A stretch of DNA of 62,447 nt, filler included, from Choristocarpus tenellus KU-1152 (lineage: Eukaryota > Protista > Phaeophyceae): NCBI GenBank assembly GCA_964200185.2. It is 13 parts of 13 records of this genome, joined end to end, with 100 filler letters (N's around TTAATTAATTAA, not from the genome) between each part and the next. Parts side by side here need not be neighbours in the genome. Positions count along the whole stretch, not along the records: positions 1 to 8,856 come from CAXNAD020004254.1; positions 8,957 to 11,703 come from CAXNAD020025100.1; 11 more parts are not named here. One strand, 5' to 3'. The notes under the pieces are model-generated. The model worked only from the letters and a program-made list of their open reading frames with translations, was not told the DNA's origin and did not search any database. This document shows positions 1 through 11,803 of this stretch, one piece after another (position 1 is the first letter of the stretch; each line of letters starts with the position of its first letter). The translations under genes and the position numbers were made by a program.

Positions 1-102
1 CGTTTACCCTAGTGTTTCCCTCCCCCCGCTCTCTCTGTAACTGTTCATTCACTCTCCCCTTCCCCCCCCCCCCCACACACACACACTATTGCTCTGAACC
101 AG

Positions 103-205
103 ATACAACTTCACAGAGTTTGATCCGAATAGGCGCTTGAAGCGGGGGGCAAAGAAGGGAAGTGCACAATTCAAGTCCAAGGCTAAGTACAAGAGGAAGA
201 AGTAG
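103..205 (+). CDS. Terminal exon of an unidentified gene (basic C-terminal tail)
   Basis: Pyrimidine-rich intron end and ccAG acceptor at 101-102. Frame reads YNFTEFDPNRRLKRGAKKGSAQFKSKAKYKRKK then TAG (203-205). Confidence 0.55.
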
Positions 206-1329
206 GTGTACCATAAGGTATCCATCGTGTTGATGTTGCCCCTGAAGAAGTACCCCATTTATATTTTTGTTTTTTTGCTCCGACTGCAATCCCCTTGTTG
301 AAGGCAGCCATGGGTAGGAGGATGAAGTTGATAGTTTTGCAGCGTATTTGATTGTTCTTGAAGAGGCGCAGCTTTAATGGTCTTAGCTTTTTGGTTTGAC
401 TTTTTTTTTAAGGTTGCTGTTGTCAAAGTGCATGTACTGAACTTTGCTTTGTAGGGGTTGTGAGGCACGACATGTTCTGTTGCTCATCAGGGTATCACTG
501 AGAGGGCTTGTGACCATAGGTTGGTAGCACTCTTGGTATTCAGTGCTTCTGTCTAGTCTACTGCGCCAGCAAAAAAGTGCTCTGATAGCAAATCAACTCA
601 AGTCCTGGTAGGAAACAAGATCTATCAGGGAGGTTCCGTAAGCTCTCCTCCAAGTCCCTTTTCCCTGACTTGGTGCTGAATAAGTTGACTCAAGTTTACG
701 ATAATGAAATGCTCGACACATGCATAGATTTTGTATTGTCAAGATTTCCCGTGTCCAGATGAGTAGCTTGCTTCATCAATGCTACAAATTGTGTCTACAA
801 CAAGAAAAGTAGCTAGGTAACGAAGTCGTACAGAGGGGTGTCTGTATGTTGGACAAGTCATGCTTGCCTATCAGATTGTATCAAATATTGTATGGAAGGT
901 CTCCAGTTTTGACCTCACTAGAGTTGCGCATGACGGATTGTTGGCATTCAAATGTCAACAGGAGCTGTGTAGTGTTCAAGAGAAACCTAATGGTGACCAC
1001 CCCCCCGCTCTGATTCATCCCGTAGGAGGATATCATTTTATAGAGTGTACAAATCGCCACGGTTGTACCCGGGTTGACCAAGATATAATAGGAAATAAAT
1101 TCAGAACTCCCAAGTCTAAAACTCTGAAGGAAAATTAACAAAAAATAACTGAACTGGATGAGATGGTGAGAGGTACAGTGAGTGAGGTATTACTTTTAGG
1201 TACATGGACGTGTTTGATCATGTTCATCATCGCCAATTACTACTACACTACTATTAGGATTATTGTAGAAAATGAGTACTAAAAATATCATGCACCACAC
1301 AATAGGAGCTGCGCTGTTACTGGTCTTCT

Positions 1330-1580
1330 GGTGAGTCAAAGTAAACGAGAAGAATCAAGGTTTTGACGGTTTTCCATTTTAAACCAGTTTTCGCAATTCA
1401 CCCGTATTTCTATGGATGAAGTGCTAAGTTTGACGTTGAGAGCATTGTTTTCTCTATTATTTGAAAAAAATTGACACAGGTCAGGAAATCTCCCATATGG
1501 AGTTGTCAAAATAGACAAATTTTGCGCATCTTTGTCACCATCCTTAAAGTGCAACTCTGGGTACCTCTCGTTTACTTGTA
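1330..1580 (-). repeat. Unclassified decayed interspersed repeat with coding-like frame (copy 1)
   Basis: Colinear similarity to 23626-23885 (gtgagtcaaagta..., tttcgcaattcacccgtatttctatggatgaa vs ttttgcaattcgcccatatttctgtggatgaa, ctgggtacctctcgttt vs ctggatacctctcgttt) and to 17306-17335. Confidence 0.6.
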
Positions 1581-3335
1581 CAATATTGTTCATATCCATT
1601 TGTTGTATATCAGCCAAAATGTATCACAACCACCAGACTTTGTTTGTATATATGTATCATCCTCTGCCTGCTTGCTACAAGCAGGCAGGTATTTTACGCT
1701 TTGAACCCGGCATACAAGAGCAACCAATCAACACAACACACGCAGTGTGAGTGCCTGGTTGGTGGTGAACGAGCTTTACAACAGATTGGCATTCCAAGGA
1801 AGCGGTAGTCGCTGGTGTATGCCATGCTAAAGAGGCAGCAAAGGCAGCCCAAGCAACCATCACCACCAATACCATCTTCTCAGCGAAACGGCTCTCAGTA
1901 GATTTATCTTCTGGGGTTGATTTTTCTTGTTTCTTTCTCTTCCCTTTCGTTTCCCTTGTGTTACATGTATGGTGAGATGTTTTGGAGATTAGATTAACTT
2001 CGTTTGACTCGAGCTTTTAGGGGTGTTAGCGCAATACACCTGGATCCTCCTCGCTATTCTCATGGATACACTGGGTCATGTCTCCTCTTTTACATCTCTT
2101 CTTTCTTTGCTTTTCTAATTTTTCTTCCTTTGTAGTTCTTGCTGTATCTCTCAAGCACTGTGTATTGCCTCGTTCTGACTACCTTTCGACCAAAATTCTG
2201 AAACCTCTCCAACTAATGTGAAAAAACAATAGATCGCTTGTATTATTTTCACACCTTGTCAACCTGGGCCTTAACCTCACCCTTGGTCAGAGGCACTATC
2301 ATACATGCTGCACTACTTGCCATACTAATTACTACGTGGTACTTCTGGCTATCTCCTGCACTACAAATATTACTAGTTTTACTGCCTTCGTTAATGCCTT
2401 CCTTCTCACTCATCAGGCCCAGCATTCCCATCACTTGTCCCTCCATCTCCCCCCTCGAAGTTTCCAGATCGATCTTGGTCTAGCGTTTTGTGGTATACCT
2501 ACAAAAAAAGTATAGTGCAGGTCTACAATCCGTTTTAATTCGCACCTGGGAGGGCATCACAGAAATCACATCTCGTAAAAAGAAGTCTACACTGAAGGTG
2601 TTCGAAACAACGAAATTTATTCAAGAAACACTCCCTATCGAATGATACGTATTATTGTTCCTCGTAAAATTGGGTTGACAAACCCCACACCCTATTATAA
2701 AAACGTAGTCCAAAGAAGCGAATCTACACTAGTTGACAAGGATAATAAAAGAAAAACAAACCAGTGGAAGAAAAAGATAAAGAAATAAAATAACAAGAGA
2801 AACAAGAACACAGAACATACAGGAGAAACACATCATCCAAAAAAAGGATAAGGCAGAGAACAAAGAAAATGAACAAAGGATGCAAGAAAATCAATCCATA
2901 AATACAATATTCAGCAGATGATAGTGATGGTGGTGGTGTTGGTGGCTTGGGTGACCTTGGCTGCTTCTTTGGTATGACGTAGGATAGCAATCACAGTTTC
3001 CTTGTAAGAAGATTCGGTGATGATGAACCTTGTTGGGCCATTAGCCACACAACAACACACACACTACCACCCCTGTTTGGTTAGTGACCTTCATGTTCCA
3101 ACCCTCAATTCCAAAGCCAAATGTATCGTCACCTTGCTTCCGTTTTTCGTTCATCAATATATTGATTGGGAAGTCGATCATCCCCCGTGCGAGCAACTAT
3201 CCCACCAAATAGGAACCTCCTCTCTGCTTGCATACGAGTGGTCTATAGAGGGGAGGAGGAGTTTGTAGTGGTGGGATAGATCCTGTAGATGGGTACGAAG
3301 TTTGAAAAATGAAAATTCGCAATAGTTTCCATTAC

Positions 3336-3341
3336 AAAAAA
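3336..3341 (-). terminator. Pol III T-run terminator of tRNA-Lys
   Basis: A6 on + strand (T6 on - strand) 8 nt downstream of the tRNA 3' end. Confidence 0.7.
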
Positions 3342-3349
3342 TAATTATT

Positions 3350-3422
3350 CACCGAAGGTGGGGCTCGAACCCACGACCATACGATTAAGAGTCGTACGCT
3401 CTACCGACTGAGCTACCCCGGC
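3350..3422 (-). tRNA. trnK: tRNA-Lys (anticodon CUU), 73 nt, no intron, CCA not encoded
   Basis: Reverse complement GCCGGGGTAGCTCAGTCGGTAGAGCGTACGACTCTTAATCGTATGGTCGTGGGTTCGAGCCCCACCTTCGGTG folds as a cloverleaf. Anticodon arm TACGA-CT-CTT-AA-TCGTA, T-loop GTTCGAG, G discriminator. Confidence 0.97.
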
Positions 3423-3470
3423 GTAATTGTATGGAATAAGGCGTCGGTACATCTTGTAAAATCCAACACA

Positions 3471-3960
3471 ATGTATATTACAATGGATAGAAGTTTCCAC
3501 GTGGATGTAGTCTTCCATGGTCGATCACTTGCGGACTCTGGATCAGCTCCCTACCGGGACAAAGGCCTCCTCCTGAATGTTGCGTTTGCAGAAGTGCAAG
3601 AAGCATTCCAGCTGCTGCTGGAGCTGAGATGTGAAAGCGCACCCATTACAAGGGTTCTTTTGAGCCTCGTAGTTTTAACCTCAACACCTTCGCAGTGGAA
3701 AGTTTTGGGTGCCTCAGAAAGTAAGCAGGAGGCTTTCTTTGCGGATTTGCTATGCATACAGTAGGGGGGAGAGGAGCGGGAGGTTACAGCAGGAAAGAAG
3801 CTGTCAAATCCTGTCTACGACAGATAGTGTCTCTCACTACACACGTGGCTCTCTCAAGGTGTGTCATGCGTTTCAAGCTGGAGACATCAGGGAGATGGGC
3901 AAGGAGGGGTATGAAAGATCCTTGGGATGCTTCCCCAGGTCCTCGCCCAGTAGTGTAGGG
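3471..3960 (+). mobile_element. Decayed, 5'-truncated non-LTR retrotransposon; C-terminal restriction-like endonuclease (RLE) region, CRE/R2 group
   Basis: Across a frameshift and stops: HVDVVF...GLLLNVAFAE / AAAGAEM*KRTHYKGSFEPRSFNLNTFAVESFGCLRK*AGGFL...VGG...RK..LRQIVSL...VALSR. This fits the RLE pattern D..D(V)..AE..K..Y...F.P.AVE..G..G...Q.LS. Confidence 0.7.
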
Positions 3961-4139
3961 ATAAGCCAGGTTGGAGGTATAGTACCAGTATACACATCAC
4001 GTTGTAGTTTTCAAGCTTTAAGGGTGAGTGTTTGTAGTATATAACTGGTTTCAAATAGGAAATAAATTTTGGAGAGATATTTTCACATTTACGAAAACTG
4101 TTACTTTTACAGGGGTCCTTGTGATACTGGTTTGACTTT

Positions 4140-4178
4140 TCCCCTGACACATCTACAAAATGTCGGAGGGCGTAATTT
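4140..4178 (+). repeat. Hairpin motif CCCCTGACACATCT..AAAATGTC.GAGGGC plus AT tail (copy 1)
   Basis: Same motif in reverse orientation at 44420-44462, 54289-54335 and 54359-54415, and in the same orientation at 54961-55000. Confidence 0.75.
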
Positions 4179-7100
4179 TATATATATATTTCTGTATGCA
4201 TCAACACTCCATGCTTCAATATTAATCTTAGACACACTTACACATACTTAGACAATTACAGTTCTTATGTAAAGCATTGTATTGATTCATTACTCATCTC
4301 CACCCACTGATTTTTTTGTGTAGATTACTCTTATCAGTTTTGTTCTGTGGTTAATAATCATTGGATTGCAGAAATGAAGGTAAACATGGACAATTTGGAA
4401 TACTGAATATTGAGCTCCTATCTCGGCATCTCTATAGTTGATGGATGAGCAAGAGCGTTCACAAGTGAGGTATCCCCTGACATTTAGTTATAGTTTTTGG
4501 AGGTTGTTTCAATGCACGAAGAATTTGGGGAAAAGCCAGAAGGCTGCATTTGTGCTTGTGATCACCACTTGCTGTGTTACATGCGAATAGTGCGAGCATT
4601 TCTTTCTGCATGCCAAAATGCGCGAACAGTATACATACGTAAGAATTCATGTAGGAGGAACTTAGAATTAATAGAAGACGCAAAGTAAGATTTGAAATGT
4701 AAACATAATCTTACAGAATAGATGTCAATTCCTGAAAGTTGTAGAATAAAGATTTATGATTAAGTATTTACTTAGCAGTTTGCAGACTTCATTTTAACTC
4801 TTTGCTGTAGAAAAATGGTGAATGATGTTAATAAAGGCTGATGCGGATCACCACACCCTCAGTTCTTTTGATATTTACCTCTTTTGATAAAGTGAAAAGC
4901 GAGACATTGACTGAGCTAAACATCAACTGACATCATACATGGTCATCATCTGTGGGCCCCCGCGAAGCGTTGTTTTAAGGTAGTTGGATTTGAGTAGCAT
5001 ATCCTGTGGAGGTGACTTCTGAGGGGCGCGCTGTAACAGCTGTGCTTGGCTTGAATGAGGAATTGGGAAAACCAACCCAGTCTGACCAAATTCCCTCCGC
5101 ATTTTGCCCGTGCACACTTGCACTTGGATCGATAGCTTCCATTTAGGAATACATTAATTGATGACACAGACAGTGAAAAGCAGAAGAACTACCAAACATA
5201 TTGTAATAGCTATGTTGAAGTATTCCAAACAGGATCCGCGGTAAAGATGGTCAATCGTATACCTTGGTAGAGGACAGTGTGTGGCTTGGTGTGAATGTAT
5301 ACTACTTGTGTTACAAGGGGCTTATGGTCTCAATTCAACGGACTGAAGCAGTTGAGGTGAGACAGGTGTAGACTACCGTGTGGGATTTCCAACGTCCACA
5401 CGGATAACCAGAAAATAATGCTATCAACGGATCACATGTACCATATATGATGCATGAATGGAAAATCTATTGTCATGTCCATACAATTTCATGAACTGGG
5501 GTTAGAGCTAAACTGGAAATAATTGGAAAAGCACGTCTGACTATACGTTTCCTAATCTACTCCACCAATTGTGTCTATAGTGAATCAGCAACACTATCCA
5601 CAAACAAGCTATCCCTGTAGCCCATATCTAACAACCCTACTTTGTGCGTAGATCACAAGTACTAAGTATCATACACCTACGTTCAGCCACGAATATCATG
5701 GAATCCAACGGGGCATTACTATTTATAAAACAGAAAGAGACTCCCCACAATATGACACAAATGCCAACCCTCTATCAAGCGGTATGTCTGATGATAGCCT
5801 GTGGAGTAGTGAGAGGATCCTTGGCACTGAGTTGTGAGCAGTACTGCACATGGCAAATATCCGAGTCACAATATCTCAGTTGTGTACAGAGTGCCAGGAT
5901 TGCAATACATGTGGAAGATGTGATGCTGAGTTGTCCATGGCATCGGGCCAGGTTGGTTTAGGGCTAACGTCAGTGTATTGTACAGAGTAGTTTACAACAC
6001 TCTGTGCCGCTCTGCATATATTTTAGTTCTAAGACCTGATGGAGGAGAGGTCGAGGGGGGTGGTGCCTCGTAACTCTACTGCATAGACTTCCTTGATATT
6101 AGATATTTCCAGGTGTGAATCATACCCCATTGATGGGCCTCCACTAGTTCCTGCCTTACTACTTGCTCCTCAGCGATTTTTCTTCAGACGGTTGCTTTAC
6201 CTACTCCCCTCCACACACTAACTTATTTCTCCTCATGCACATCTCTATATATAATGCCCTCTGCAATAATAGGATGTGTGCATCGTACGTGTCATGTACT
6301 ACATCCATATTATTCACACATTTTCAATGATGATACAGACCTTGTACTCCAAATAATATGTGCATGCTGATGTCGGTGCTAAGTTAATATGTTACAACAC
6401 GCTCCAGAACTTCCCTACACAGGATGTGTAGCTCTAATCCAACGACCTTTAAACGACGCTATTGGGGTATTTCCACAGTTGATAGCCACATGCAGTGTCA
6501 GTCACTCCTCTCTCGTTGATTCACTCGGTGCTTAGCTTAATGCTTGACTTAATGTTTTATTCGAGAAAGAAAGAATGAAAGAGGTGCGTTGAGTGGCTCT
6601 CAAAAGCACTCTTATATTAGCATCATCCACCTGATTTCTACAGACTGTAAGTTAAAAGACATCTGCAAGCTGTTGTATTTGTACTCAACTTTCAAATCTT
6701 TTCTGTAGCTTCTAGGAAATTGGCATTCATTCTAAGGTCTCCTATGTGCTACGAATCTCGTACATACTGTTCGCGCTTGCTAAAACACGAGAACAAATAA
6801 TGCTCGCTCTATTTGCATGTGACAAATACACAAGATGTTTACGTGTGGTAGTGGAACAAAAGGGTGGGATCAGGAAGTCAGCCACGGAGTAGAGAGGTAG
6901 GGGCGATCATTGTCCAACAAAGAGTGTGCTTATACACGCAGCAGGTGTTACAGGCAAATAACGTACCTATCTCCACCTGCACTTCAACTGACACGAGAAG
7001 CAAGTGTGAGCACTGATAGCCCGATATGGGAACATTCAAAGTCGTCTTTCTGATTGATACAGCGAGTAGAACTGTATCTTGAGAAAAAAGTGTATCAATT

Positions 7101-8856
7101 CAGTTGGCATGTCTAGCGAACAGTAAGTTGACGTACATGGCATAACAGACTCCTTGAATTGAACACACAGCTAAGGTTCACCACAACACCCTCAGGTATT
7201 AAATTAAGTCGTGAACATTAAAATAAAAAAAAACTCTTATTTTTACCACAATAACTCGATAATTGCCCATTTTCGTTGGTTTTCAAACTATTGATACATG
7301 ACAGGCGCCATCTGTGAGCCTCGTCACCAGCTTACAGGCTTGCGGATTGTAAATACAAATCCCGTTAAGGTAAGCTGTAGAGGGTTTTGTCAAACAAGCG
7401 AACAGCTGTTTCCTCCTTGCAAGCAGACTGGTGTCTAATGATGGTATCTTTCCACTGTTAGCCAGGAACAACAGTAATTGGATGCTGTTTCGATAAGCAT
7501 TTGGTATGACATAGCCTAGCTAGATGATACCAACTCTGGCCACTGTTCAATGATCCCTGTGATGCTCTATGTAGTGGTAACAAGAGTATGATGCTTCTAG
7601 TGGACGTATCATATCAAAGGGTACATTTATTACAGGCGAGTAGCACAAGTATTTATGTCACAGGCGAATAGCGCGAGTATTTATTCCCGCGCTTTAACCA
7701 GCGCGAGCAGTATACGCGCGTGGGGAACCCCAAAAGGGGGAACTCCGATTTGCCTAAAAGTTGCAGAATAAACCGTAACTCGGGTAGTTGCAGAGGGTCA
7801 TGGATGGATGGTCGGAAAGGGTTCTCAGATACATACCAGTATTTGCAAACCCGAACAATCCCCCAACGGCAAATGATGATTAGAGTTCCTAAAAACGGCT
7901 CAAACCAGATCAGTTCTTCTGATCTAACAAGACCCACATATCTCACTCTCTATTTTGATGCCAAACTTTATATACACTTTATACTGATTGATTCAATTGA
8001 GAGTACCCCTGTTCTGCTGAGCTGACGTTCGATAATCTGTGAATTGGACTTGACTTGTACATCCTGGAAAGGTGAGCATCGAGAGGCGACTGTAACATTT
8101 ATTCTCGCACCCTAACCAGTGTGGGCAGCAAGATTGAGCGCAGATCTCCCCAATATGAAAGTCCGATTCGCTATAGTTACAACGTAAAACCTGTAACTTA
8201 GAATAGAGCAAAGGTTGTCAGATGTATTGCGGTGTCTGAAAACCTGGTAAGAACGAATTTTATGGACTGAGGTTGCTCACTAGGCTCAGTTCTTCATTTT
8301 GTTTGTCGTACATTCACCCTGAAATAACTACATCTTCATCTTCTGGCCTGATACCTACTATCCTCGCTGGTTATAAGGCTATCGGTGTACCTCAGGTGTC
8401 CTGTATGTGCATCAGCTTCATCTATAGGCTTGTGGATTGGAGCTACACATTCTGTGGAAGTAAGCTATATTGAGTGTTTTGCAGCGCATTCACCAGCGTC
8501 AGTGCTGGTCTATACTGAGCTAGTGACCACGCCCATCTCGCTACACCTCAGACTGATCACTAGCATGCTAAGGGGAGGGGATGCCATTGTCCACTTACAC
8601 ATTTTTCCACTTTGTGTAATCAACGTACGTATCTTGAATACTTCGAACTACGTTTTTTTCGTTTTTTTTTCGGACTGATTTTCGTGCTACATATGACAAC
8701 AATCCAAAGTACTAACTACTGACATGAATTCCACCCCAAGAAGAATGGATTAATACACAAACATCAAATGAGTCTCCCTCTCTCTAAAACAGCCGATTTC
8801 AAAAATTGAGGATGGATCTTTTCATTGAGGATGGGCTTGACCCAAAATTGACTGGG

Positions 8857-8956
8857 NNNNNNNNNNNNNNNNNNNNNNNNNNNNNNNNNNNNNNNNNNNN
8901 TTAATTAATTAANNNNNNNNNNNNNNNNNNNNNNNNNNNNNNNNNNNNNNNNNNNN
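8857..8956. other. Artificial contig spacer N44-TTAATTAATTAA-N44 (first of 12)
   Basis: Identical 100-bp all-frame-stop spacers also at 11704-11803, 18907-19006, 21581-21680, 25924-26023, 34254-34353, 37584-37683, 41487-41586, 44463-44562, 49102-49201, 53433-53532 and 57087-57186. Confidence 0.99.
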
Positions 8957-10878
8957 TGAGTTAGGACGGATCCCCTTGGGGGGTTCAGGCAACCACAGGG
9001 TGAGGTTGAGGGCAGAGGGGGGGGGGGGGGGGGGGGGACGAAGAGGTGGATGGAAAATTTTGGTTGTACGAGCTGATCCTCTTGGAAGACCATTGGGGAA
9101 CATGGGACATATTTGTCAATCATTACACAATGCATGCTGGCTTGGAAGAGGACAAATGTGTGTGTAGGAGAGGGAGAGAGATAGACATAAAAAGATAAAT
9201 ATATATATATAGAATTTATTGTCAAGAGTTTTTGTTACATAGAGTGGAGTCATCCTAATATTGGAGAGCAGGGGACATGACACAAAAAAAAAACTCAAGT
9301 GTACATTCGGCCATTACAATTCAACTTCCCTTAAGGTATACATACACCTCAACCCACTAAACTGAGTTGTTCTTACCCATAATGAATTGGAACAAAAAAA
9401 TTGCACCCGAAGTTAGTAAAAAATATATTCAAATCCAAATGCATTTCCATTTAAAATATACATTTACATTACCCCGCTTAGGTAACATTACAATCAGCTA
9501 ACCCCCCTGCCCCCTCCCTTCCCATTAACCCAACACCAGCCCAATAACACCCCATACAACAACACTTCAAGCCCCAACAGACCAGTTCCATCTTGAGTCA
9601 CCATCTGGGTGCAGTTATTATTTTTGTCCTATTCTTATTGTTTGTTGTGGTGATGGTGACAGATCCCGACAGCATTCTGACCTAATTTTAAAAATGGAAT
9701 AAATAAACAATATGAAAGGTCCACTACTGGGCTAACCATTTGCATCCCGTAGTGCCTCCGACAACACCAACATAAAGACAGAAATAATAATAATAATAAT
9801 AGTACTGAACACAGTTCAGCATAATCCCCACATCAACATTAAAACAGAAATAATAATATTAACCCTAACACTACTAATAAATCCAGCACAATTTATATAT
9901 ATATATATATATAATCGCTGCCCTCGATCTTACTTTTCCAAAGTGCACCAAAAGACTACATTAAAAAAAAAGTTTCAATAAAAACTTTCAATAAAACCCA
10001 CCGGCAGCCCAGGACAGAAGCGCACAAAGCTCTCCAGCACCTTACACAGGTCCAATGGATCCACCTCCAATTGCTCCATGCCCCATGGAAACATCAGATT
10101 CAGGAAAGAACCAGCCTTGAGCACCACCTATTTTTTTATTATTTTATTTTATTGCGTGTGTGTATGGGGGGGGGTGGCGGTGGAGTGTATGAGTGTGACA
10201 CGGGCGATCTTGTATCAAAGTATCATGTATCGAAATGTTTTTCTCATCTTACTCTGTCTGCCAGCAGAATAATACTGGATGAAGTATGAACCAATCAGCA
10301 ACACGTTGTCGTCGTCTACTCTAATCAACGTGTACAAATAGGGGGGGTTGTCTTTTTACACGGGCTGAGCACTAATTTTAAATTCCGGAATTCATACTTT
10401 CATTCCTTGCAGCAAAATATTAAATAAAAATGGATGGACGAGAGGAGAGTACCATCAAGAAAACTTGCTTTTTATTTTTTAATTAACAAAAAGTGATGAG
10501 AAATAGAAACAAATCCCCCTGTGGAGGGTAAAAAAAAAAGGCGATATTAGTTAAAACTCTTACTATTTATTTAATATTGTTCATTTTCCACCGGCTGCTG
10601 ACTACTACAATAGACAACATCAAAGACGCCTCCACACACACCCCCACCTCATTTCCTAGTGATTTGATCAAAAACATGAGAGAGAGAGAGAGATTGAATT
10701 TTTTATTTCGATACCTGCTGCTCCATTGTTCTGTACTGGGTTTTATTTTGTTTATTTGTAGAGCAAAAAATAATACTCCCTATCAGGCAAAGAAAAGCAT
10801 CAGTGAATTGTATGCCATGGAAAAGAAAAAGGAAAAAAAAACAAATAAAATAAAAAACAAATAAAACACAAAGCACAA

Positions 10879-11127
10879 GACCAAAAGTATCTGGGGGAGG
10901 GGGAGGGGGGGGGGGGGGTTCTACAATAGAGTTGTCCATTTGGTCCAAAACTAGGAAAAGTGCACTTTCACTATTATCCATCCAACGCATGGAACCAAAT
11001 CACACAAAAATTGCAACATGAAAAAAAAATGGTCCTAAATGGACAGCCGCCACCCCTCCTAGACACATTGAGCAAGGGTCAAAAACGGACACCAGCACAC
11101 ACACCCCCCCCCTAGATACTTTGACCC
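10879..11127. mobile_element. MITE family B, diverged copy with expanded G tract and an extra right-end fragment
   Basis: GACCAAAAGTATCTGGGGG... start, internal gtccatttggtcc / aaatggacagccgccaccc, and ...CCTAGATACTTTGACCC end. Confidence 0.7.
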
Positions 11128-11803
11128 ACAACACTAAAAAAAAAATATGAACATTTTTTTTATTAATAAATACACTGAACATGAATAAAATAAAACACCA
11201 AAAAAAAAGAAAAAAACACCAAAACCCCCTCCCCATCAATTTTTCCGAGTATGAACATAAATAACTGCAAGGTAGAAAACCTCCCTGTAAACAAAAATCA
11301 GCAAAACCTTTTTGTTTGTCCTTCTGTAGTGTGATATGATTGGATGTTCTTAAATTGATTTCAGTAAAAACATGTTGAGATTTAAAAAAAAAAAAGCGTA
11401 ATTTATGTGCATCATTGTGGTCCAATGGAGTAGAATAAATGAAAAGAAAGCATGAAAATAAACACACTTTATTTTCTTCTTATCATCGTACTGCCCTCTA
11501 CATCAACTTATTTAAGGTTTGGACAAAAATAGATTTACGTAGAACATCCAAATAACACTTAAATAAAAAATAAATAACATATACTGTTGAATTAGAACAG
11601 GAACCCCAACTGTGTTTAAGCCATTAGAACCTGTTTGAAGTCTTTTTTATACGTTATAAGAATATTTTTAACAAATTATTTAAAAATATTTATGCATAAC
11701 TACNNNNNNNNNNNNNNNNNNNNNNNNNNNNNNNNNNNNNNNNNNNNTTAATTAATTAANNNNNNNNNNNNNNNNNNNNNNNNNNNNNNNNNNNNNNNNN
11801 NNN

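Noticed and set aside
4300-7300. Faint transposase- or RT-like peptide scraps (also 24540-25920, 27150-27700, 29300-29870 and 50300-50800)
   Set aside because: Too degenerate to assign by eye; needs profile searches.
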